This document shows, in pieces, positions 21,201-29,200 of a DNA stretch of 64,000 nucleotides. Location: the NCBI GenBank assembly GCA_000002435.2, contig CM018793.1; one strand, given 5' to 3'. Position 1 is the first letter of the stretch; each line of letters opens with the position of its first letter. This stretch comes from Giardia intestinalis. Its lineage: Eukaryota. The notes under the pieces were generated by a model. The model was not told where the DNA came from. It saw only the letters and a program-made list of their open reading frames with translations, and did not search any database. The position numbers and the translations under genes are program-made.

Positions 21201-23971
21201 TCTTATTATATACCTTTGCCTGTATGGTGTTCTTTTTCTTTTTCATCGTTAACATGACATTTCCACTTCATTTTCGGAGTCCCTTTGTCTCCTCTGGGCT
21301 AGACATCAACAGCTACTACGGACACTGGGGTAACATCTCTCACTTAGCTTTCCAGCTTCCTGTCAATGGCTGGGACTCTGCAACGATATATACGGAGCAA
21401 CTAGCGCAGCGGCAACTATATAACATTAGCCAAATCACAAAGTATTGGGCAGCAGTCCAGTCAACCCCGTCTTCTTTTATCGTCGATGGCAGCGACCTAG
21501 TGGCATACATGACTGGAATTCGCGCCACCGAATTTGCTTCCGACAAACTTTATTCCCCATTCTACATTAACAAGTACATGGATGAGCTTGTGCAGACACC
21601 GTTTCTATATGCTTTTGACTACATTAAGGATCATACTAAACTGGTTGTGTCGCTTCTGCAATGGTTAGATGATGTCAGCTTTATAAGCTCCGCATCCTAT
21701 GGCGCCTCGAGATGCTTGGAATGTACCACAATATACTACCTCTTGCAGTATGTTCTAAAAGTCTCTCCTGTGTCGCTAATATACCAGATAGAACTATTAT
21801 CCCATCTTTCTAGCGTCAGCACAGAGGATCTTATAAAAGCTGACTATTATCTGGATTTCTTCACGGTACACAAACGCTTTTTAGACGTGTTTTCAAATAT
21901 TCATGATAAGCTGTGGCAGGGACTTGCCTCTTCTGCAGACGTATCCACCATTTCTGCATTTATGCAGCGCTATAAGTACTTTGCCAACTATAATACCACA
22001 GGGGCTGCCAATTACGATGAAAGCGCAGCTATTGCCCTGGTGAACAGTGTGCCGCCTAATACTGCCCTACCGAGCATGATCAGCAAGCATGGAAACCTTG
22101 TGCGCAAATTACTCGAACGTCTCTATGGAGGGTCTATTATTTTTGATGCTATCATCTTCTTGCTATTCTTGATCTCCTTGACTGCATACTTAATAGTAGG
22201 CTGTGTATTTGTATACAAGAGCGTTCTGTTGACGGTTAGAATGTATACGAAAATCTCTGCTGTCACACGGTGCGCGTGTAGTATCAAATACCTTGTTTCT
22301 TGCTTTCTGCCCCTTGACTTAATGTTTTTGGTTCCGGCTCTGTTAGTCGTGGCCCTTATTATGTCGCTGCCGATCATTTATGACGCAAGCACAACCATGG
22401 TAGCAATACTTGGCAACTACATAAACTATCCTCTATCTGCTGAGGCCATTTTGCGTGAAAATGCCGCATTTTCTCATCAGCTGACTCCTTTGTCATATAC
22501 AAAGTTCTCCACGATGCAGACTATCACAAACTACCTTGCTCTTCTAATCTTCTTGTTGTCCTCGCTGTCTCACCACGTAATTCTTCGTAGCAGAACGGTT
22601 ATTGATACCGTAGGCTACATCAGGTATACCAAGGGACAAGAGCAAGAGCTGTTCAACGCAGAGAAGAATCCATTTGTGCTTTCTATTAAGGAAAAGGTTA
22701 CTATCTGCAGGCCTGCGAACAACTCGGCTATGGATCATGACAAAAATGATGATAGTAACGACAGTAACGCTTACTTTAATTTGTATGATGATTATATACC
22801 TACAGCTGATAGTCTAGCATGCGATGATGCTAAAAGCATTGGGAAGGCTGGCGCCCATAAGCCAAATAAGGACCCTTTCCTGCGAGAAGAGTGCGAAACA
22901 ACTGCTACTTATGACCTACCCGTTTTTCTTCCACCGTTGTTCATACCTAAACAGAAGTTGGAATATGTTGAGGTCTTCTTGCGCTACGCTCTGATCTGCT
23001 TGCTTATCTGTTCAATACACTTACTTCTTTCTGCATCTCGTTTGGCAGACTACAATCCAAGGAACATCCCAATTGCGTTTCTTGATCAATTAATACATAA
23101 TTATAATGTGCTACGGGGGCAACTCTCACAGATGTATGCATATCCGCCGACAAAGTACAGAGAGTCCCATCTGATCGTCACTACCTTTAGATGCTTTAGA
23201 CAACTGATCACCTTTCTCTTGGCCAACAAGTACACGCAAAGGACCCTATCCATCCCCATTCAAAGCATGCGCGTCTTCAAAAATATAGGCATAGACAACG
23301 CCTTCTACCAGTATGGCCAACACATTAAAGACTTTCTCCAGTCAAACATATATGGCTATACCAATAAAGTGATGGACTTCTCAGGATCAAGTGTGGAATA
23401 TGACCCCGTAATGCCGACCACGTGGATGAGTGGGAGCAAGTATTATAACATGTGGTCCAACCTTCCACCTAACAACAGGTCACGACTGTTTGTGTCAACC
23501 AAGATTCCTAACTATCACAAAGACGGGTTTGCTGACAACAGTGTCCTTTTTCCGCTCTACCAAAAGCTTCTTCTTTTTGAGTATGCATACTATCAGCCGA
23601 ACTTCGCCAATATTCAGAAGGACCTGGATAACTTGTTAACGCGCTCGGCTACTGGTACGTATGGATATAACTTTCCTAATTTTCTCCCTGAGCACAAGAA
23701 GATCATATTCTTTGACATACTGAGGAACCAGATGTGGACGGAGAGCCTCTATTGTAACCATTACCTTAGAATGGCCGGCATACTTCTACACTCTATTTCA
23801 ATCCTCCGAGCGCTCACAGAGCTGTCGGTTCTTTTAATTATCATTCTAGTTGTTGCAATTATTCATATAACGGCATACAAGCTTCTGTTACTGTTTTACA
23901 ATAAGAAGTTGACTCTATATGAGGTTTTTACGGTCCTGTTGTTGAAGCGGATTCGTGGCCTCGTGAATTAG
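12266..23971 (+). CDS. giant polytopic membrane protein (~3900 aa), function unknown
   Basis: 11.7 kb uninterrupted ORF. The track start 12197 is GTG. In-frame ATGs lie at 12215 and 12266; 12266 is preceded by cATTAATAAAAATc at 12232-12245 and avoids overlap with the upstream gene. About 8-10 hydrophobic helices in the first 330 aa, further clusters near aa 2470, 2830, 2985 and 3380-3450, and a C-terminal helix. One Cys cluster: CSNSCTNCPRCRVHAVCNHCH...FNCPDCNRPC. Confidence 0.7.
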   Translation: MLEVFISVFVFLRHHSFDASPAVLLMSIFWVIAGTTLLLSPQLGSPYLLSHYIYNVIMSMLLIKDVYFFPSKASVLLLLIPLLNLLPLFMIILIRFFTPRPPNTFIYILCYLTQIFMFLWLEGCGPYAFYKLSGSLALLLKRIAEGIATRGFFPAIFSTDSLVLIYYSVLTVFHYQINLSFMHAQNTAAIRETKLFFAPSFIPLQRFRLLYLISLIVQQFFENIVFSIYFVYCALVFVNAYLIASRGSLSHVHNGPWITLSLSTFILFYSCYNILITIFPLIVGKVSRYSTLLMICLPISLAVSVGVTVTLLVLGKRIRINVINDHKRIKVRHSSSFRGRHRCLTIRLLSTIPAKNVSVKVLTSDGHHPAMQKDTAVLLDPTAIQNYTLHTPLSKSMVMILAFYFDIHTVASFVLPNDYTFTTDDINSLVYLIKDSKSTRRLPEERVKERPGAHPNSIVSLPQLHSDANNLIGSPPLTSSIVDSSNIERPRSASATHRHTTFLHHAFSIPDTSLTMNREALAVEHLVSCSTDAPAPCYKSSNDALTYPSNSSSEDSPNLYGISATQGANCPLPTGHTSKASTTPKTGCETPKELPLTPNQKIFRDFLGTLDPQKIFTYVVQAENLLEDFRLFYENIYASLFLSYCAASQTLESMTLLDIEECLPIPLLLRYLRAWKTPSDAYNSIIYYIDQLKSVDDLKREYQAARATRRELEHASTAPNATRSLTLKPIFVEARKIPSFTCSNSCTNCPRCRVHAVCNHCHAKIAILLKSTFNFVMGRMKTDKPPSRGFNCPDCNRPCSLKIVESLSKKQNRKIPGTTLHTTSVKPRIPQNYTTFLNKLTPLGRRIQTPTAYSRKKLPAVDFLSFETVSEQTDANLPHSRQHSKRLSRDVVQLLLKAFINDMENSINEETPMICEWATQKYASTNATDQASLDAKQRPNSNTDSKMFSRDQNIGLLHKSYSVISPQNFNGSIYFLSPEIFADVTISEESKSFLYNCRKQNYLFTIFLPTITSTSSTTGNIHRLSFAYDRAASLTSPLRILRMKVLIHLARMLFPVHLYVDSIYPIQLVPCYKFYTLGRSYIENATNRVSMIYSPEFLLKRQKDSEVRVISKNTSLKKSIQAMYHQEPLYLYCLAQNALTIKTQDKMDSSILQFVNVEYLFMQAAFTGISSSYLSFFYRLYYTNNVSFFTHLLSLSKHSSDADFPVDLTTKLDKHGSSLSTIPGSIAINGLSIALNCHTLSDQTADAYAVIDRLLGGMYSVQIPIYTWLEMAKIRLSTCTVYLELLRGLNSDIFSRYESVPAITSSHSVPMEMSSIPSIPSGLELDADEKRTPLVFEHGITNAERQDKTRLRHGHSFNVSTLEDYHRLHDAIAELLSVCQTLLDKQVSELGFPNESHEVQMTRILDGCKSFFRHYYVFSTQHLLHVVFDLPGIVKYAPRNTRSKPIYRYRNGIPELITHSRKYSNHPTDTLDAASADTEELGSESSSDYLESPPLRLEPDIEDSGSDVQDNSTAFVAHSPALALDGFNKLFIPQLPHMATSSHPKALVISKKQIAANLFAIYEHVILENDMLETILLNNITINGLPSIDINGMPFSLLSLLGKTPSRCVDGSPTKDSSDTPHGCTPTTSIDVAKLQDLLSSHAQALAKEKYIDKLMQHFSSRSLYDKVGSDHYSQISAPRLRQIILSLITDNASDYQSSASGYGNMSLDNAPPSSSVLDSEPCAGAAPALPNVSATFSATFSTSASTTYSHVTEAQNTFTEPLVSAKDFAFLGPTMASNVDRFGIKRKAGYKSSKLSSWKFSLSSLNSSKLLRRFISKGSKSSSLSLLEPEKIKLFLKAGSAYVPFDFPLSGGSVSSSLASDPVSTQQLLLAMIVMLNLLHLYSSSNVLTTYEYRGRQLLTLQQNRFIVDSTGEYYPAAYRQELEQSYTLNFNTQNPDDAVKKFIYCFDESFTGLFPIKSPILCKRYLNTDFDLTIPIDGMKYIHVSDSPSNLLAPTSRSKWLENLKQPDFNTPINVYECIEAQVSMNMGFSLIRYRLRFRNLLLYNSIVFDTLIQLRNIIRVDSTLRAKIHAYKMLPRLGMFSNHSDVLLKSFFEKIINIQDSILTSDPSALHIPHGGATMKASIADTRNSAPTPMLIHHCKRLHECLDVLCRYEHILQSLWTMRLTLLRHSYAEEDFLLLLQNECLRALSTSYGIPSEYFFALFSNIMNLDPETKQCYMSSSIEHAFPKHYALLYQLRSSNQDDREVTLSYPLLDESTYARQQNVIRYFSAMEYDAKRIETANRKFFITIAELFALGKDPLGQIEHILAASPRAAGAYILGPTFDTLQLFKGTIGVDAAFPHSNISIATKDPLDKAEEPKDFDDLAYSSSVLTDDPTNSLCPSSETTLSMTQNSHPPLAKTTAKDVQHSDFQSIFRKDNSTISNVKDDSFNRNKRSCGKPDLNSGACARIHTQHWRIVACLYTNSSLILITLFYIFLVCYLLFIYSYSLTNHVIAKSLLQQGGHISGMMAALSDLQTEINMNVALQQTKNNPFEILSSYAERFNEIANNAYSAHVITAAMYNGLSINDVVQRELELSAFWPPPMLYYSGEQIMNVEDLNVNSGHQNITCTVTMGTLSDQSIATLTNSRDKWPANLSYLKSKLLPLKNLKYLLNFKVWTQTRDFLQLQQSDIKEYLDTYNEFSIGLYDGSFRNFITNYPVTIPITSSYSIEQPDGTLKDQLNSHSTNYFETTDILVNRVVCIAASMIYISQQASSFNPQYISSKESSMLTLYRPMASLMLETDFLQTTYQSMYVNLQEIMINTWAMYSRYTLNRLVLLAFTFLAVGLFIPLYYLSFQRVQRRLLKAKLDRACTLANILSLPKAILESLMDNYAQASMIPFKQFLWGNKGYSATDIDLPREYYSDIYSYTQSKSVYNQTHFNLAELTIHSSKVIENNVKIKQHNDPDCSLKFYSHTDEISLILRLVAIYDNLSNSKMHILLYTFACMVFFFFFIVNMTFPLHFRSPFVSSGLDINSYYGHWGNISHLAFQLPVNGWDSATIYTEQLAQRQLYNISQITKYWAAVQSTPSSFIVDGSDLVAYMTGIRATEFASDKLYSPFYINKYMDELVQTPFLYAFDYIKDHTKLVVSLLQWLDDVSFISSASYGASRCLECTTIYYLLQYVLKVSPVSLIYQIELLSHLSSVSTEDLIKADYYLDFFTVHKRFLDVFSNIHDKLWQGLASSADVSTISAFMQRYKYFANYNTTGAANYDESAAIALVNSVPPNTALPSMISKHGNLVRKLLERLYGGSIIFDAIIFLLFLISLTAYLIVGCVFVYKSVLLTVRMYTKISAVTRCACSIKYLVSCFLPLDLMFLVPALLVVALIMSLPIIYDASTTMVAILGNYINYPLSAEAILRENAAFSHQLTPLSYTKFSTMQTITNYLALLIFLLSSLSHHVILRSRTVIDTVGYIRYTKGQEQELFNAEKNPFVLSIKEKVTICRPANNSAMDHDKNDDSNDSNAYFNLYDDYIPTADSLACDDAKSIGKAGAHKPNKDPFLREECETTATYDLPVFLPPLFIPKQKLEYVEVFLRYALICLLICSIHLLLSASRLADYNPRNIPIAFLDQLIHNYNVLRGQLSQMYAYPPTKYRESHLIVTTFRCFRQLITFLLANKYTQRTLSIPIQSMRVFKNIGIDNAFYQYGQHIKDFLQSNIYGYTNKVMDFSGSSVEYDPVMPTTWMSGSKYYNMWSNLPPNNRSRLFVSTKIPNYHKDGFADNSVLFPLYQKLLLFEYAYYQPNFANIQKDLDNLLTRSATGTYGYNFPNFLPEHKKIIFFDILRNQMWTESLYCNHYLRMAGILLHSISILRALTELSVLLIIILVVAIIHITAYKLLLLFYNKKLTLYEVFTVLLLKRIRGLVN

Positions 23972-24140
23972 TGTTTCTTTTTTGACTACTATGAACGTTG
24001 TCTACCGACAATCGTTGCGAAGTCGTGGATACCACGGTTTGGGGTTCGCATAACTGTTCAGGTTCTAACTGATTAACCGACTATTTAATTTTGTCTTCAA
24101 TTACAATTAGACTTTTCCTTAAAAAGGCGAAAGATCCTGG

Positions 24141-25688
24141 ATGAGTGACCGACTTTTTCACAGTGGCTGGATTTTAAAGACTGACAGCGTGTCAGCGTCG
24201 CACGGTCATGGAGCAAAGCCTGTGTTAGCATCTCGGCGGGGCGGATCGGTGCCTAGCAATATTCGGCGCATAAGGACATTGAATCAATCTGGGCCGACTG
24301 TGGCGACGCCACCGTCAAAGCGACGCAATCATTTCAATGTCCCGGTAAGCCAGGTGATGTCGAAAGGGAACCTCCCTGGGCATGTTATTGCGTCAACTCC
24401 TGGGCACACCTTCGGAGAGACGTCAGAATCGCTCCAGCAGGACATGCGGCTAAGCAATCCGGCCCGGCAGAACACTCCGCAATCAAACATTTTCTCCGAA
24501 TCAGCCCTGCACCTCAGCGGCGAGCACATTAACATTGGACGCAGTAAAGAAAAGTCGTCCCGATTTGACGACTTCAGTCAGTACTACGCCGTTCTTGTGG
24601 GCACGATAGCTTCAGCGGACAATCCAGCTATTGCGGAAGTGAGTGAGTCATGTAACTTTTACACCGGCCTTACGGACAAGCAAGCTCTTGAGCTTAAGAG
24701 CCTCGTCAAAAATAAAATAGCAGCAAAGAACGCATTTGATGAAGTAAGTGTTGTGCAATTTCTCACGTCATTGTATTATTCTAACCAATCTCTCAATAAA
24801 GTCGGACTAGTAGAGCTTATTGAGGACTTAGGCGCTGCATATGTTGTCACTGACCCTCTGCGATTGATCAAAGAAAGAAATAAGAGAAAGGGCTTGAACA
24901 TTTACGGTGAACCATTGGAGGCAACTACTGCTCGAACTCTAGGTAAACCGCCAGAAGCTCCTCGCAAACAATCAAAGGAGCTGTCTCCGCAAGAGCTTCA
25001 GCTGAAAGATGAGCAAGTCATCAATCGGTTGGATTCTCCTGATCCCGTACCTATTTTATCTAGCATATCTTCAGTCTTACGCCAACGCCCAGAGGAGGTT
25101 TCTGTTGGAGTCGGCTCTATAAATATTACTACCAACGCAGACGAGCCAGAATCAGAAGAGGTCTCTGCTGCTGGAGCGCAACAATCGAGTAACAAATATG
25201 GGCTCAGACTCAACTTACTTCCCAATGCTCCTCCACTTATGCACGAATCGCTATTATTGTCGTCACGACGCCGATCTCCAAGTATTGTAGGGATGGGAGG
25301 AACTCCGCGACCTGATCCATATGCCAAAGCAACCTTTGTCGAAGGCTCAATCCCTCCTCAATCTGATATCGACCTTGTGGGTGGCACTCCACGTGTTTTT
25401 GATACCCAGCCGATTCAACATGCTAATCACGCTACCTCTCCTATCCGTAATAAAGATGCTATCACTATAAATTATGCAGAGGCCTCTGGTCTTCTGGGAG
25501 GACCTGACAAAAGCGGCATATCTCTTGTTACGGAGGATTACCAACGCGATCATTGCAATCTCGGTAATTATACTCTAAATTATCTCACGGGCCTCGAGAG
25601 CGAATCCATAATAGGATATGAAGGTCCAGCAGATACCAACAAAGAGCCCTATGTAATGGGCCGTTTTATAGATCCATATGACAATTAA
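24141..25688 (+). CDS. hypothetical Ser/Pro-rich protein (515 aa)
   Basis: ATG ORF preceded by ccttaaaaaggcgaaagatcctggATG. AGTGAAT lies 25 nt after the stop. No recognised domain. Confidence 0.55.
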   Translation: MSDRLFHSGWILKTDSVSASHGHGAKPVLASRRGGSVPSNIRRIRTLNQSGPTVATPPSKRRNHFNVPVSQVMSKGNLPGHVIASTPGHTFGETSESLQQDMRLSNPARQNTPQSNIFSESALHLSGEHINIGRSKEKSSRFDDFSQYYAVLVGTIASADNPAIAEVSESCNFYTGLTDKQALELKSLVKNKIAAKNAFDEVSVVQFLTSLYYSNQSLNKVGLVELIEDLGAAYVVTDPLRLIKERNKRKGLNIYGEPLEATTARTLGKPPEAPRKQSKELSPQELQLKDEQVINRLDSPDPVPILSSISSVLRQRPEEVSVGVGSINITTNADEPESEEVSAAGAQQSSNKYGLRLNLLPNAPPLMHESLLLSSRRRSPSIVGMGGTPRPDPYAKATFVEGSIPPQSDIDLVGGTPRVFDTQPIQHANHATSPIRNKDAITINYAEASGLLGGPDKSGISLVTEDYQRDHCNLGNYTLNYLTGLESESIIGYEGPADTNKEPYVMGRFIDPYDN

Positions 25689-26255
25689 ATTTTTTTAGAT
25701 TAATAGTGAATTATTTAGATTGGAATTTATTCAACACTCATTTTTAGATTAAAGATCAAGAGTAAAGGGTTGATAAGTTATGTTTCTAACGTTAGTCGTA
25801 TCTGTGCCTTGGCTCTATTGGCCTGTAATGTGGAGTATATGAAGCGTCGTGACATGGTATGCCAAGAAGCGCCCGGCGAGCAGGTATGCGCTAATAACCA
25901 TGGAAAAAAGCACTAGGGCTCTAAGGAAAACATGACCACGCGCGCCTAAGTTTATGAGGGAATTGCCTAATAACAAGTCCATTAGAAGCAAATTGATCCG
26001 AAGGAATTCAAAGATGCCTTGAAAGACGAACCTTCCCTGATAAGCATGTTCATCCGATATCTAAAAGTGTTACTTAATATACGAATTCTGTGAGATAAAG
26101 GGTAAAGGGGGCACTTTCTTATAAGATATGAATCATGTACTAACTGCTACAGATTCTTCTGACCTGGAGATCCTATGCTAATGATCTTTACTATGTATTC
26201 ATTGTGACTCTCAGACCATGGTATGTTGATTTTCTTTGGCAGTCTTCCAGACATG

Positions 26256-29200
26256 CCTTACGACGCGGGCCTCTGCCTGCTGGCCCTTGCTGCGGGGGGA
26301 CGCCCTTGCCGTAGCGCCCTGGTGGCCCGCGTCGCCGCTGAGTGTCCGCCGGCGCGTAGAAGACGAGGCAGGCCGAAGACGGCCTCCGTTGCCGGACGGG
26401 CGACGCACGGAGAGCATCCTGCCTCTAGCGCTATGCGTTACAGCAGGCTCGGCGAGCTGCCCTGGTGACCTCTAGTCTGTCCAGGCCAGCTGCAAGAGCG
26501 GGGGACTCGAAGGAGACGAGCCTCGTATGTTGTGGGCAGATGACATCCCGGACTAGCGATAGGAGCATGCTATCTAAAGCCTGCTCTCGAGCTTTGTAGG
26601 AAGAGCCTGGGATCTGGATGGCAGAGGCGCGATCGTGCAGATGCTTCGGGCCAAGCGGTGTGTTCGCCTAGCCATTGAGTGTGCTGAGTACCTCGATGCT
26701 GGTCACAGCTACCGGAGACTCGCAACAGAGACAGGCTCTGTGCAGTTGCTTAAGAGTTCTCGGTGCAGCATCAGATTCCCCGTACTCTTTCGATGACCAA
26801 GTACAGGCTGCCCGATGGTTCTAGATTTCAAAAGAAGAGGCTCCTCTGCCGGTTTGCCTATCTCGCACGACGGAGAGAGCAGTTGGGGCTATAAGGAACA
26901 TCGCAAGCGGCACTACTCAGGCCTGCTGGCTCCCTATAAGCACAGAAGAGAACCTTTTAGGTTCTGAGAGCATCTCGGGGGTCCTTGCCATACGCAGCAC
27001 GATAATTGAGAGCATCGCCTCCATACTGCAACTAGCAGGGTAGCTCTGCCGCAAGTGCCGAACCTCCCCAAAGAGAAGAATATAGTGATGAGACATCTGG
27101 ATCTCTGCACATTCTGAGAGCCTGGCTTGAGATACTAGCTGCTGTGCCCTTCGGTATCTCTGTGAAGCAACGGGCACTGCCACGGTGCCCGTTCACTGTC
27201 CCTGTGCATTCTTCGGCACGTGACAAAAACCACACAAAAGAGGCTGCTACTGGCTATGATATTGCCGATAGAAATTCTGACACCATTTACTTCGACCGAG
27301 TGAAGAGCGCAGGCCCGCTTCTATTCTCTCATAGAGGAACTTGGCTCTAGAGCTTTGATCTCTGTTCACACCTATTGGCCCCTGTGATCTGGCTTTTGTT
27401 CGGGGACGCGCAGATAGACCGTTTACAATAGATCGCGTCCGCGGCTTCTAGCCTTCGACAAAAGCTTAGCGACCGCCCAAGTATGTCCAAAGGACAATAG
27501 CAAAGAGAAAGCATACATGCTCAGATACACGGTCACACTGGATGTACTCGACTTGCCTGACGACGGTGATAACCCAGCCATTCAAGCAGGGAATACTATG
27601 ACCGCGAGTATAGAAGAAGCACCCTATCCAAGGGTCTACACTTGCTGATGGCACGGTGGTGCCCGTCCAACCACTTTTCTGATCCGGACTGGAGTCCCTG
27701 CCCACCTCTCTGCGCTGCATGCTCTGTTATGCAAGGGTCTCTGCACAGAGTCCGCTTGCTCGGTAGGACCGGCCAGTCCAGCAAGGCCGCATGTAAGCAT
27801 CAGTAGAGCTAGCCTTCTACCTTCTGCATCGATAAAGATCCGCCTTGAAAGGAGATGGATCGGGTACTAGAAGAGTAGACTGTCCGTCGAGATATCCGCG
27901 TCTTGAATTCCGTGGCACTATAGGTAGTGACTCTCGATCTCGATCTCGGTCACGGAAGACCGAGAGGAGGAGTGGCCCTCGCAGAGAAATCACCGAAAAG
28001 GCTGGGCCGCAACAGCGTTAGAAGCTACATTGCACAGCCTTCCAGCGTATGTTCAGCATGTCACCAGCGACGACTAGCGGGGACTACAAGATGGCGCGCT
28101 GCAGCAAATCTCGGCCTGCCGTCAGGTCTCTTGGGGCCTGGGTCTGACATGTGCGCATCAACATCAGAAGGATATGCATGCGTACTACAAGGGCCTAGAA
28201 AAGATCGTTGAGGATACTCTGCCGGGTATTAAAGATAAGAGGGAGCCATTTGCGAAACTAGCGTGCACGTAATATAGTCGGGTGGGCACATACTGGATAC
28301 CTGTTAAGAGAACGCTGCTTTATGCTAACGCATTTTTGGGACCACAGAAGAGCACTTCGGACGATTCTAATAAGGGCACAACCATACTCGTCAGGGCTGG
28401 CAGATGCTTCTCTTAAGTCTAGGCACTTCGAGACATCTCAAGCGATCGAGCAAAGAGCTCTGGGATTTTGTACTAAGGTTATGCTTAGACTGAAAGAGGC
28501 GAAGGAAGGATCCACAAACCATAGTGTTGTCTGTTAATAGAAGGATGCCTTGGGCAGACTCTCTAGAACATCTATCAGCGTGTATCAAAACTGATCTGCA
28601 GCATAGTACGGCTTAATTTTAGGAACTTCTGTCCAGGCTATGGCATGCTAAATATAGTCACTACGTAAGAAGATTGGTTTTCAGGGTACCACATTGCGCG
28701 CAATACACAGTGTGGTTCATTGGAAAATTTGTGTCTAATCATTGTGGCAACAGGGCTTCCATCTTGGTAGGTCATTGTCTGGCCAGTAACAAGACTTGCT
28801 TTCGATTCAGAAAAATGAGCGTCTAGGAAAAAATCGCGCACTCCAATGTGCATAGACACTCCGCCCGGCCTATTTTCCTGGGCAGAGCCACCTGTTGGCG
28901 CCTGCGTTGCATATGCCAGAGTTGGAAGGGGCCTCGAAGAAGCCAGCAGCTCACCATGGCTATTGCTGAGGAGCTGGATCGGATCCTCTGTGGCCTGTGC
29001 TATGCTAGGGAAGAACAAGCTGAGGGACGCAAGATCTTAAGCAAGGGCCCGTTGTTCTTACCGCTACGACGGACTACATTAATCATTACGCTTGAGCCTT
29101 GATTACGTCCTTAAAGCAATACTATAGCATAGCAGCAGAGACTGTGAGAATGCTAACTGACCCTAGTAATATATGCTATTGCTAGTGCAGCCCCAGGAGT

